A stretch of 64,000 nucleotides of DNA, taken from an uncultured virus (IMG/VR IMGVR_UViG_3300037418_000344). Taxonomy: Duplodnaviria > Heunggongvirae > Uroviricota > Caudoviricetes. The notes under the pieces are model-generated. The model was given only the letters and a program-made list of their open reading frames with translations, ran no database searches and was not told the origin of the DNA. This document shows positions 19,122 to 28,539 of this stretch, piece after piece. The DNA lies in IMG/VR virus record IMGVR_UViG_3300037418_000344. The stretch is one strand, 5' to 3'. The first letter of the stretch is position 1. Every line of letters begins with the position of its first letter. The position numbers were made by a program, and so were the translations under genes.

Positions 19122-19137
19122 TTTTAAGGAGAAGAAA

Positions 19138-19323
19138 ATGACGAAAGAGGAAGCAGTTGCAAAGATTGCAGATTTGGTTGTGGAGGCATACAGTGCTATT
19201 AACGAGGCTGAGTCCCTTGCAGACGAGCATGGTTTGGATTTCAGTTTCTCACCAGCATATGGTATGGGTGGCTGGTACGATGGTGAAGATCAGTGTTGGA
19301 ACCCTTCGTCGCAAAGCTGCTAA
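19138..19323 (+). CDS. small protein ending WNPSSQSC
   Basis: AAGGAG RBS; shared C-terminal motif. Confidence 0.75.
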   Translation: MTKEEAVAKIADLVVEAYSAINEAESLADEHGLDFSFSPAYGMGGWYDGEDQCWNPSSQSC

Positions 19324-19346
19324 CAATTTTATTTAAAGGATAAAAC

Positions 19347-19610
19347 ATGAGCAAGGTGATGATTAGCAAGAAACGTCTGGATGAACTGCTGGCTAAGGCT
19401 GGCCGGACGCCGATTGATATCCGTGAGGCCAACAAGCAAGTGGCAGAAAAGGTGAGCCAGATCAAAACAACCCTGAAAGAAATTAAGGAGATTATTGAGA
19501 TTTCTGGTATCGAAGTAAAACTTGGCGGTTCTTATGGTGTGCTGTCGGATGCCATTGAAGAGGTGGATGAACTGCACAGCGACTGGAATTCGTCGTCCTA
19601 CAATTGCTAA
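19347..19610 (+). CDS. small protein ending WNSSSYNC
   Basis: AAGGA RBS; shared C-terminal motif. Confidence 0.75.
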   Translation: MSKVMISKKRLDELLAKAGRTPIDIREANKQVAEKVSQIKTTLKEIKEIIEISGIEVKLGGSYGVLSDAIEEVDELHSDWNSSSYNC

Positions 19611-19620
19611 GGAGAAAATA

Positions 19621-20067
19621 ATGCAAGAAATCATTATTGATGGTGTAAATCTGAACGAGATGAAGGTTAAGCATGATGCTCTGCAAGCTGAGATGGCAGA
19701 TGCACGTAGCAAGGTTCGTCAAGGTGCTGCTAAGTTTATTGCTGATAATATTGCAGCAGGTAAGAAAATTGTAGATGAACTGCTTGAGGAAGAAAACGAT
19801 AAAGAAAAGGTTGAAGACCTTGCAAGTAAAGCTTTTGATCTTTTGTCCGCAGCAAGTTTTGTTAGCGATGTTGCTGGTGTTGCGTTCGACCTGCCTTACT
19901 ATGACCGTCAAGGTGATTATTATCCTGACGGTACTCCTTACAGCAATCGCTTTGACGACAACGAGAATGGGTTGATTGAGTACGACAATCCTGCTATCAG
20001 CAAACTTTGGGGTCTGCTTGAAAGCATGGAATCTGAAGTTCAAGATTGGAATACAAGCTATTGCTAA
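19621..20067 (+). CDS. protein ending WNTSYC
   Basis: AAGGAG RBS; shared C-terminal motif. Confidence 0.75.
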   Translation: MQEIIIDGVNLNEMKVKHDALQAEMADARSKVRQGAAKFIADNIAAGKKIVDELLEEENDKEKVEDLASKAFDLLSAASFVSDVAGVAFDLPYYDRQGDYYPDGTPYSNRFDDNENGLIEYDNPAISKLWGLLESMESEVQDWNTSYC

Positions 20068-20084
20068 TGTAAAGGAAACTTGAC

Positions 20085-20993
20085 ATGATTTTGATTGGTA
20101 GCTGCGCGTTGCAGCAGCATGTAAAACTGCCAGATGGACGTAAGATTTCTGACCAAGACTACGTGGGTACTTACGAAGAGGCGATGGAATTGCGTAAGCA
20201 AATCAATGCAACCGTATGCTTTCCAATCAACGGGGGAAAGTCTATCTATATGCGTGGCAAAGACGGCTCTATCGTAGAAGTGGAGATCGCTTGGCCTGAC
20301 AGTATGGCAGAGCGACTTGTCAAGTTTGTTGAGTCTCAGGAGGATAATCTTACCAGTTATATTGATGTCATTATTCCGTCCCTTGACGTGCTGTACTTGT
20401 TAAAGCTTTCGCACAGGTACAAAAAAGATTCTCCACATTGGTTGAAGACTCTTCGTGACATTCAGTTCATGCGAAAGCTTGGTGCTAAGATTCGTCCTGA
20501 GCACGAAGAATTCTTAAAACAGCGGGAGAAGGAAACTTACGATAACATTCTGCCAAAACTGAGCCAAAGTAAAAATGGATTCTTTAAAGATGACATCTAT
20601 ACGTGGGACCACGATACTATCCATCAAGCAGTTGCTATTGGCAGTCGTCCAGCGTATCTGGAATTCAAACCTGCGGATAGCGAAGTTATGGTGAGTAAGA
20701 AGATGTGGGACGAATGTTCTGACCAAATCAAGCTTAATGCTGCGTATGAAGAAATCTGTGTTTTATGCATTGAGCGTGCGCTGGTGCCTTTTCCTGATAA
20801 GTGGCCCAACCCTAAAAAAGCATTTGATCTTGCACACATGAAACTCGGGAGCAGCATTAGTGGCGGGTGGTTTCGCGAGTTCGTTTACGAGAGGTACGAC
20901 GACATCCAAGCGATGTACAGCGACGAGTTTGTAACTAAATTTGAACAAGGGCTTGCGACAGGTGTTGTTAAGCCACATAGAGGAGGTAAATAA
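20085..20993 (+). CDS. putative nucleotidyltransferase (Pol-beta superfamily motif)
   Basis: N-terminal LIGS-x15-SDQDY fits the hG[GS]...DxD pattern. Confidence 0.55.
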   Translation: MILIGSCALQQHVKLPDGRKISDQDYVGTYEEAMELRKQINATVCFPINGGKSIYMRGKDGSIVEVEIAWPDSMAERLVKFVESQEDNLTSYIDVIIPSLDVLYLLKLSHRYKKDSPHWLKTLRDIQFMRKLGAKIRPEHEEFLKQREKETYDNILPKLSQSKNGFFKDDIYTWDHDTIHQAVAIGSRPAYLEFKPADSEVMVSKKMWDECSDQIKLNAAYEEICVLCIERALVPFPDKWPNPKKAFDLAHMKLGSSISGGWFREFVYERYDDIQAMYSDEFVTKFEQGLATGVVKPHRGGK

Positions 20994-21404
20994 TGAAATC
21001 TTATGTAGAAGTGGCAGTAACAATCTATAAGAATATTCTTGTTGAGGTTGAACATGGAGCTGAACACCACGAAGACGAGATTGTTGATATGGCTGTGGAT
21101 GCACTGGATGCACCTGCCGATTCTGTGATTGAGGTGACGGGAGTGCTAGACAAGAAGCCTAGCGATAGAGACATGGCACTGTATGATGAGTTTCAGGAGG
21201 TATGATGAACGACAACCTAATGAAAAACTTTGAAGCACGTATGGCAGACAAGAAAGCTAACAAGCCTGTGCTGCACGACTTCACGGCAGAATTCAAAATT
21301 GGGCTGAAAGCGATTGACGAAGAGACGGCACAACAAACTGTCGATATCATTAGTAAGCATCTTGAGAGTTTTGAGGATATTGAGAGTGCGAAAGGAGTGT
21401 TGAA

Positions 21405-21719
21405 GTGAAAAAGTCCGTAATTGTCCGCACAGAAAAACATTACGAAATCGACATCGCTGATAGCGTTCTTACTCAAGAATTCATCAACGAGTTTGAATCG
21501 TATATGTTTGCGCTTGATGGCGACACTTTAGAGGAAAAGCAGAACAATCTGTTTGAGTTTGCTGCACGTCAGCTTGCTCAAGGTGAGGAATATTTCATCG
21601 AAGGGCTTGGTAAGATTGCTAGTGTGAACACTGTAAAGTTCAAGCAAGATCGAGGTGATAAGATCGATGTTGTGTGGAAAGAGACTTATGACGGTGTTGA
21701 GACGGAGGTGGTAGGGTGA
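21405..21719 (+). CDS. hypothetical protein
   Basis: GTG start overlapping the previous stop; AAGGAG RBS. Confidence 0.6.
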   Translation: MKKSVIVRTEKHYEIDIADSVLTQEFINEFESYMFALDGDTLEEKQNNLFEFAARQLAQGEEYFIEGLGKIASVNTVKFKQDRGDKIDVVWKETYDGVETEVVG

Positions 21720-22270
21720 CTGCGAAATACCACGACTACATTCGGTATGCCGTTGATCGTGGTTGTTGGTTCGACTTTGACACAGGGGAATTTGTAAGTC
21801 ACACTGGCCTTAGAAAAATACCAAAGCTTTATGGAAAGCAGAGGTATCCTTCTACAGCTATTATGAGAAAACAGCATTTTCCAATCCACAAATTTGTTGC
21901 GTATTTGTTATACGGAGAGATTTCTTTTGCCGCTGATGTGGAGGTTCGGCATTTAGATGGCAATACTCTCAACTTAAGCAAAGAAAATATTGTTTTAGGT
22001 ACATCCGCAGATAATCAGATGGATAAAAGTTCAGATGCACGTTCAGCGGCAGCAAGGAAAGCACGCGCAGCACAGTCTCGCCCAACAAACTCTGTGTTGA
22101 CAGAGGATCAAGTTAAAGAAATAAAACTTTGGTACAAACTGCTAAAACAGAAGTACCCCAAGAAATTACCAAACGGTAGTTTGAAGAATAAGGCAAAAGA
22201 TTTTGGAGTTACCGTGCATTGCATTGGTGGCATTGTTAATGAAATTATTTGGAAAGATGTAAATGTTTAA
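21716..22270 (+). CDS. HNH homing endonuclease
   Basis: HKFVA...VRHLDGNTLNLSKENIVLGTSADN, plus C-terminal HTH-like part. Confidence 0.8.
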   Translation: MTAKYHDYIRYAVDRGCWFDFDTGEFVSHTGLRKIPKLYGKQRYPSTAIMRKQHFPIHKFVAYLLYGEISFAADVEVRHLDGNTLNLSKENIVLGTSADNQMDKSSDARSAAARKARAAQSRPTNSVLTEDQVKEIKLWYKLLKQKYPKKLPNGSLKNKAKDFGVTVHCIGGIVNEIIWKDVNV

Positions 22271-22910
22271 AGCACGTCTAATTGCTGTTACTAAACCTGT
22301 TGTGGATGGCGTGGAAGACGCCAAGGATTTGATCGCGTTTTGTGCAAGGGTCAGTTCGCCCAACAATCAGATGAACATGGACACAGCAGACAAGCTTCTT
22401 AATTATCTTAAGAAGCATAGGCACTGGAGTCCGTTTGAGATGGCTAACTGTGTTGTAGAAGTGGAATCTCCACGAGACATTGCACGACAACTTCTGCGAC
22501 ATGGCAGCTTCAAGTTTCAGGAGTTCAGCCAACGCTACGCTGATGTCACTCAGCTTGAAGAAGCGTTCTGCCTGCGCGATCTACGGATGCAAGACACCAA
22601 GAATCGCCAAAACAGCTTGGCAGCAGACGACGAAGTGTTGAAAGATTGGTGGGAGAGTGAGCAGAAGATGCTGCTGGCAATCGTGCAGGATACTTATAAG
22701 CGTGCCCTTGACCGGGGCATTGCTAAAGAGGTTGCTCGTGTTATTCTGCCGGAGGGTCTTACGATGAGTCGTCTGTATGTTAATGGCACTATCCGATCTT
22801 GGATTCACTATCTTGAAGTGCGTCTGGAGGAAGGTGTGACGCAACTTGAGCATGTGCAGCTTGCACGGCTTATCGCAGAACAAGTAAATTCTGTGTTCAA
22901 AGTTGCTTGA
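22263..22910 (+). CDS. thyX: flavin-dependent thymidylate synthase
   Basis: HWSPFEM...RQLLRHGSFKFQEFSQRY signature. Confidence 0.95.
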   Translation: MFKARLIAVTKPVVDGVEDAKDLIAFCARVSSPNNQMNMDTADKLLNYLKKHRHWSPFEMANCVVEVESPRDIARQLLRHGSFKFQEFSQRYADVTQLEEAFCLRDLRMQDTKNRQNSLAADDEVLKDWWESEQKMLLAIVQDTYKRALDRGIAKEVARVILPEGLTMSRLYVNGTIRSWIHYLEVRLEEGVTQLEHVQLARLIAEQVNSVFKVA

Positions 22911-22935
22911 CAACCCCTACAACCTCTGCCATACT
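22907..22935 (+). promoter_or_regulatory. sigma70-type promoter
   Basis: TTGACA-17-CATACT. Confidence 0.7.
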
Positions 22936-22986
22936 ACGCCTGCACTGAACAACAGTGCTTTAACAACCATCAAGAAAGGCAACAAT

Positions 22987-23391
22987 ATGAAAAACACTAT
23001 CTCCGCGCTCGCTCTGTCTCTGTTCGCTTCGGCAGCATTCGCACAAGGCATTCCCGTCTCGGCATCTTACGAAGCCCCTGTCTCAGCTTCCGCTGTAGTA
23101 GCAGATGATGTTTCTGCCCCTACGCTGGCATCTGATGCGAAAGATGGTCGTCGTCCGGCTCCTTCGCTGAGCGATTGCTGTGGCATTCCTGTGTCTGCTA
23201 CGGCTGTTGCTTCGGATGTCTCCGCCCCGTCCGTTGGCGCAATGGGCTGCTGCGGTGTGCCTGTCTCGGCTCCTCAGTATGCCAAGAAAGATGAAGACAA
23301 TTCGGATTCGCTGGCAATGGCAGGTTTGGGCTTCGGGCTGTTTGGCCTTGTGGGCCTGACGAAGTTTGCTCGTCGGAAGAAGCAGAAGTAA
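22987..23391 (+). CDS. exported repeat protein with PEP-CTERM-like C-terminal anchor
   Basis: Signal peptide ending AFA; PVSA/DVSAP repeats; TM segment followed by ARRKKQK. Confidence 0.7.
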   Translation: MKNTISALALSLFASAAFAQGIPVSASYEAPVSASAVVADDVSAPTLASDAKDGRRPAPSLSDCCGIPVSATAVASDVSAPSVGAMGCCGVPVSAPQYAKKDEDNSDSLAMAGLGFGLFGLVGLTKFARRKKQK

Positions 23392-23401
23392 TTTGTAGAG
23401 G

Positions 23402-23430
23402 CAGGGGCGAAAGCCCCTGTTCATTTGTTT
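23402..23430 (+). terminator. hairpin, probable terminator
   Basis: CAGGGGC-GAAA-GCCCCTG then an interrupted T-rich tract. Confidence 0.6.
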
Positions 23431-23463
23431 ACAACGTTCATGTAACGTGAACAAGGAGGGAAT

Positions 23464-23805
23464 ATGAAACGTAGTATTGCACGTAAATGGGCTAAGGCTC
23501 TGGAGAGTGGTGAGTACAAACAATGTACTGGAAAGATGCGCAAAGGGGACAAGTTCTGCGCGCTAGGTGTTCTCTGTAATCTGCATGCGCAAGAACATCC
23601 TCAGATTGCAGCTAAAGAAAAAGTCAAGTCCCGCTACTTGGGTGAGGATGTAGAACTGCCTATGGCTGTAGTAGAGTGGGCGGGGATGAATAGTGCAACA
23701 GGATACATCAATTGGGCATACACCATTGTAGATATGAACGATACAGAGGAACGTCCGTTTGAGTACATTGCAGCGGTTATTCGCAAAGCGTGGAAGAAAC
23801 TTTAA
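23464..23805 (+). CDS. hypothetical phage protein
   Basis: KWAKALESGEYKQ...FCALGVLC...MND...F..IA motif; AAGGAGG RBS. Confidence 0.75.
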   Translation: MKRSIARKWAKALESGEYKQCTGKMRKGDKFCALGVLCNLHAQEHPQIAAKEKVKSRYLGEDVELPMAVVEWAGMNSATGYINWAYTIVDMNDTEERPFEYIAAVIRKAWKKL

Positions 23806-23818
23806 TTAAGGAGAAATC

Positions 23819-24055
23819 ATGAAAAAGCTTATCACAATTGCAGCAGTGGCTGTCACCCTGACGGGCTGTTCCAGTTACGACCACAACGAATGCCGTAATA
23901 GTGTCGTGCGAGACGTTGGCACACAGGACGTTGTAGAAGTTCATCCTTGGCGCTTCGTCGCTCGTGATGCTCATGGCGCGATCTGGTACTACGAGACGAT
24001 GAATCAATTGGATGCGCAGATCAGTAAGAAACAGCCTGTGTTTGCTGCACAATGA
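23819..24055 (+). CDS. small lipoprotein
   Basis: MKK + hydrophobic stretch + lipobox LTGC. Confidence 0.75.
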   Translation: MKKLITIAAVAVTLTGCSSYDHNECRNSVVRDVGTQDVVEVHPWRFVARDAHGAIWYYETMNQLDAQISKKQPVFAAQ

Positions 24056-24212
24056 AATCCTACAAAGTGGTAGTAGAACACGACGACCACTTGTACAAGA
24101 TTGGCACCATTGTTAAAGTGGCCTATTATTGTGGCTCAGGCGAGTACGCTTGGTATGTAGATGACGAGGGCACTTGGCAGATCTTACATTCTAGTGAAAT
24201 TGAGGAGGTGGT

Positions 24213-24440
24213 ATGATTTTGATCTTACTTGCAGTAGCGGGATTGGTGCTTGTATGGGGTTCTGTCTCCATCGTTAGGCTTGGAATTGTGCATAATCATA
24301 TCTGCCATAGAATCGACGAAGTTTATGAATCAGAGGATTGGTACAAATACCCGATAGACGTTGATGGCACGTACAATTTAGCGCTATGGGATTATCGCAA
24401 ATGGTCTTACAAACAATTCTTTCCAGAGGAGGTTGTATGA
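24213..24440 (+). CDS. small membrane protein
   Basis: N-terminal TM segment; GAGGAGG RBS. Confidence 0.6.
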   Translation: MILILLAVAGLVLVWGSVSIVRLGIVHNHICHRIDEVYESEDWYKYPIDVDGTYNLALWDYRKWSYKQFFPEEVV

Positions 24441-25333
24441 AAGAAGTCTTTGAAGATTTAATCTTGCTACTCAAGCTCAACAGCGACCAGTATTTCTACG
24501 AAGCTGAGGACGGTTCAGATGTGTTCGATGCTACAGCGCTCTACTCGGAAATTAGAGGGTTTGCTGAGGAATTTCAGAAGAGGATTCAATGAATATCATT
24601 GACAAGATTGAACAGCAATGGCTCTCCTACGTGGGAGAAACAGGCCGTATGCCAAAATACCTCTACTTGGGTCAACAAGAGGCTACAGCACTAGACAAAC
24701 TCAAGGGCATGTTCGTCATCTCGCACAAGGATATGTTTGTTGTTATGGTGGAGAAGGATTCGTGGCTGAGTGTTGGGGATAAATATGCGGAGGAAGTGTG
24801 AACAAGTATAAGATTCATATTAAAGGTGGTGTTATCACTGTTTGTTTAATTAAAGATGACTCTGTTCGCGCATTCTACTTCGATGCAGGTTGTGATCAGA
24901 AGGGCTCTGCACAAGAGATGTACGACTTGCTTTTGAGCACGGGTGCAGATGTGGAGGAGTGGGAGGGTTGATGGGTTATCAAACTAATAAAGAGGAGTTG
25001 TGTCAAGACTCATATTGGGTACAGCAAGGGCACACTGAAGATGAAGACGGAAATCCTTTAGTAAGTCGTTGTGAATGGGTGGTTGACAGTACGTACAGCG
25101 ATGTTTGTAAAACTTGTGGTGCTATAGCTTGGTATGGATAGTGGGGGATTGATGCAAGATAAATTTGAAATTGAGGTGCACGGTGATGGTGTACAAGTGT
25201 GGGCAACTAACTGGAAGGGTGGCTCTGGGCTTGCTGCTGACATAAGAACGGACATGACCCGGAAAGAGATTGCACAAGAACTTTATGATTTGCTTGCGAT
25301 GAGTGGGCGTGAGGTGAAGTTTAAGGAGGGTTG

Positions 25334-27070
25334 ATGATTTCTAACGAGCCATGCCCACAATGTCGTAAAGCGGGACATGACACAGCAGGGGATAACCTTG
25401 TCAATTACGGAGAAGGCATGGGGAAGCATTGCTTTGCCTGTGGCTTTTCCATTTTGAGCGATGCTGAGCGTAAAGCCCGTGGCGTCGATAACTACGAATA
25501 TGACGATGAAGAGGTTATGACTAAAGAACTTATTACTCAAGAAGAAGTTGAGAAAATCAAGGGGTACACAGGGGTCAACGGACAGAACTGTCGTGGCATC
25601 ACTGATGAAACTTATAAAGCTTATGCCTGCCGGTTCAAGTTTGACGAAGAAACTGGCAATGTCGCTGAAGTGTTTTACCCTTACACGGAAGGATACAAAC
25701 CTGCAGGTTTCAAAGTTAGGAAGTTGCCAAAGGAGTTCTATAGTGTAGGCAAGATTGGCAAGGATTCTGAGCTTTTCGGGCAGTGGAAGTGGAAGAACAG
25801 TGTTGGCCGATACTTGTTGATCTGTGCCGGGGAAGTTGATGCCTTGTCGGCTTACCAGATGCTTGAAAATTATCGAAAAGGTAAGGGGAGTGACTTTGAT
25901 CCAATACCAGTAGTTTCTAGCGGCATTGGTGAGGCAGGTAGCTACAAACAAATTCAAAAACACTACGACTGGATCAACAACTTCGATAAGATTGTTGTCT
26001 GCTACGACAACGACGATGCTGGCAAGGACGCTGTTAAGAAGCTTGTTGATGTACTACCAAAAGGTAAGATGTTTGTGATGAAGTTGTCGCTCAAGGACGC
26101 TAACGAGTATCTTGAGAAAGGCCGTGAGAAGCAGTTCGTAAGCTTGTTCTATTCTGCCCCTGCATACAGCCCTGACGGCATCATTGGCAGTGACAGCCTC
26201 ATGGATAAGATTATTGAGCAAGCCCGTACGCCTAAGATTCCTCTGCCGCCATTCATGCACAAGGTTCAGAAGGAGATGGCAGGCGGAATTCCGCTAGGTG
26301 TCATTGTCAATCTTGCATCTGCAAGTGGAACAGGTAAGAGTACTATCGTAGATGAGTGCACGTACTTTTGGGTGTTCAACAGCCCTCATCGTATTGGTGT
26401 TGTTACTCTTGAGAGTGATAGTGGGCAGTATGGCACTAAGATTCTTAGCCGTCACATCGGGCGTAAGATCGATCTTATCGAGGATGTAGATGAGAAGATT
26501 GAGTTTATCCAAAGTGAAGAAGTTCAAGCTAAGGCTAAGGAACTGTGGTATAATGAAGACGGAACTCCGCGCTGGCATCTTGTAGAGGAGCGTGATGGGG
26601 GGATTGAGAGTCTTAAAGACCTCATTATGAATCTCATCATTGCTTGCGGCTGTAAGGTGATTATCCTTGATCCGTTGCAAGACATCCTTGATGGACTCAG
26701 TAATGAGGAGCAGGCTGTGTTCATGCGTTGGATGAAGGGCATGGTCAAGAGTCACCAGTGCACTTTCATTAACGTAAATCACGTGCGCAAGTCCGGTAGC
26801 GGGCAGAAGGCCAACTCTACTGGCGCTAATATGCATGAAGAAGACATTCATGGTTCGTCTGCAATTCTGAAGTCGGGTGCCTGCAACCTCATCTTCACTC
26901 GTAACAAAGAGGCAGAGGACGAAACTGAGAAAAATACCACGCACATGAAGATGAGTAAGTGCCGCTGGACGGGTCGTACAGGTATGGCTGGCAAGTACTA
27001 CTACGACAATGTTACTCACACTATGCATGACATGGATGATTGGTTGCAGCAGAACCCTCAGCAGTTTTAA
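25334..27070 (+). CDS. DNA primase-helicase (T7 gp4-like)
   Basis: Zn finger CPQC/CFAC, TOPRIM GEVDA and YDNDDAG, Walker A SGTGKST, IILDPL, HVRK. Confidence 0.93.
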   Translation: MISNEPCPQCRKAGHDTAGDNLVNYGEGMGKHCFACGFSILSDAERKARGVDNYEYDDEEVMTKELITQEEVEKIKGYTGVNGQNCRGITDETYKAYACRFKFDEETGNVAEVFYPYTEGYKPAGFKVRKLPKEFYSVGKIGKDSELFGQWKWKNSVGRYLLICAGEVDALSAYQMLENYRKGKGSDFDPIPVVSSGIGEAGSYKQIQKHYDWINNFDKIVVCYDNDDAGKDAVKKLVDVLPKGKMFVMKLSLKDANEYLEKGREKQFVSLFYSAPAYSPDGIIGSDSLMDKIIEQARTPKIPLPPFMHKVQKEMAGGIPLGVIVNLASASGTGKSTIVDECTYFWVFNSPHRIGVVTLESDSGQYGTKILSRHIGRKIDLIEDVDEKIEFIQSEEVQAKAKELWYNEDGTPRWHLVEERDGGIESLKDLIMNLIIACGCKVIILDPLQDILDGLSNEEQAVFMRWMKGMVKSHQCTFINVNHVRKSGSGQKANSTGANMHEEDIHGSSAILKSGACNLIFTRNKEAEDETEKNTTHMKMSKCRWTGRTGMAGKYYYDNVTHTMHDMDDWLQQNPQQF

Positions 27071-27073
27071 AGT

Positions 27074-27102
27074 TTGACAAGATTGTTATTCTGATGTATA
27101 AT
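27074..27102 (+). promoter_or_regulatory. consensus sigma70 promoter of endonuclease cassette 2
   Basis: TTGACA-17-TATAAT, perfect consensus. Confidence 0.85.
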
Positions 27103-27124
27103 TAAAGCTTTAAGGGAAAGATGC

Positions 27125-27316
27125 ATGAGCTTTGATTACCAGAATAGCACTCTTGAAGAACTTGCAGAATACATTGAAACTGCAACACCTCAAGTAATTT
27201 CAACCATGATTCGTTATTATGCCAACAAAGGTAATACTGAGATGGAAAATAAGATTCGTGGGGCTCGCAAGATTGTTGTCAAAAAGCGTGCTCTGGCCCG
27301 TTTGGAGGCAATGTGA
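27125..27316 (+). CDS. small 'SFDYQ' protein, partner of the endonuclease
   Basis: Paralogue of 9906-10112; stop overlaps the next start (GTGA). Confidence 0.75.
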   Translation: MSFDYQNSTLEELAEYIETATPQVISTMIRYYANKGNTEMENKIRGARKIVVKKRALARLEAM

Positions 27317-28539
27317 CAGCGAAATATATTCCGGGATATGTTAAAAACGGATTGACAATTGTTGAGAGGGTAGAGCATGACGGTAGAAAATATTTCCGAG
27401 TAAAGTGCGACAAGTGTGCATCGGATAGCGAGATGTATGGGGATGGGACGTTCTTGCAAGCAACCAACTCATTTTCTAGAGGGAATGTTCCTTGCGGTTG
27501 TAGTGCAAACTACGAGATGTCTAAAGAGCAGTACGAAACTCTTCTGCGCAGGAAATATGTGGGGCTAGATCACGAGTTTGTTGGAATTTTTGCGGAGTGG
27601 AATCGTTCATTGACGAAAGCAGAAATGTTCTGTAAAATTCATAACAAGACGTGGGAAAGTACATATGTTAGCAAACTGTTGGGAAAAGAGTGCGGCTGTC
27701 CGTACTGCAAAGCAGAAAACTCTAGGGTTAGGGCCACTAAAGAGAGCGAAGAATTAATCAGAAAGTTCTTTAATACTGGTGTGTACCACCCTGACACCAA
27801 ATTCCTTAGAGGTACACGTACTCACTCTTGGTATTACTTATGCCCTGTTTGTAAGAATGATGAGTTTGCAAGCGCAGGTCTATGCGATGGGATTTTTCAG
27901 AGTACAACTGCAAAGCTTGGGCAAGGATTATTGGCATGTAGGTGTTCTCATATTTATAAGTGGCCTATTGCTTTAAGGGAGTATCAAGTAGTAACTGCAT
28001 TGCTAGGAAGCAAATATACATTCAAGGGTTGGGCCGAGGGGTACGTCGGCAGTAAGTCGAAAGTATCTATACAGTGTCTTGAACACGGAACCTTCGATAT
28101 TGGATTACAGAGTTTTTTGAACGGTAGTCGATGTGCAAGCTGCGTACAGGGAGGGTATAAGCGACTAAGTGACGTGGGGTATGTCTACGCACTGAAAATT
28201 GAAGGGTTTGCGGACTCGTTTGTTGGTTTTGGGGTCACAAACAATTTTGACAGAAGACTAAAGCAACACACTGCACAGTTAGGGAAGCATGGATATCACG
28301 TTGATATGTCTTACGTCCTAAAGACGACTGGGGCAATTGCATTCGACTTGGAGAAGGAAATCAAATCTAACTTCCCGTTGAAAAGGGTTGGTGTAAAGGG
28401 TTTTGTAAGTGAGGCAATGCCATCTTCACAGTATTTAAAACTTATAGATTTTATAAAGGAAAGCGGGTACATATATGAAGGCACAATTAGTTCAGCGCAA
28501 CATAGCAGTATTGTCACAGGTTCTAACGGGCCTGTATGA
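27313..28539 (+). CDS. zinc-finger + GIY-YIG-like putative homing endonuclease
   Basis: Duplicated Cys/His modules then YVYALKI...FVGFGVTNNFDRRL..H; homologous to 10109-10930. Confidence 0.7.
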   Translation: MTAKYIPGYVKNGLTIVERVEHDGRKYFRVKCDKCASDSEMYGDGTFLQATNSFSRGNVPCGCSANYEMSKEQYETLLRRKYVGLDHEFVGIFAEWNRSLTKAEMFCKIHNKTWESTYVSKLLGKECGCPYCKAENSRVRATKESEELIRKFFNTGVYHPDTKFLRGTRTHSWYYLCPVCKNDEFASAGLCDGIFQSTTAKLGQGLLACRCSHIYKWPIALREYQVVTALLGSKYTFKGWAEGYVGSKSKVSIQCLEHGTFDIGLQSFLNGSRCASCVQGGYKRLSDVGYVYALKIEGFADSFVGFGVTNNFDRRLKQHTAQLGKHGYHVDMSYVLKTTGAIAFDLEKEIKSNFPLKRVGVKGFVSEAMPSSQYLKLIDFIKESGYIYEGTISSAQHSSIVTGSNGPV

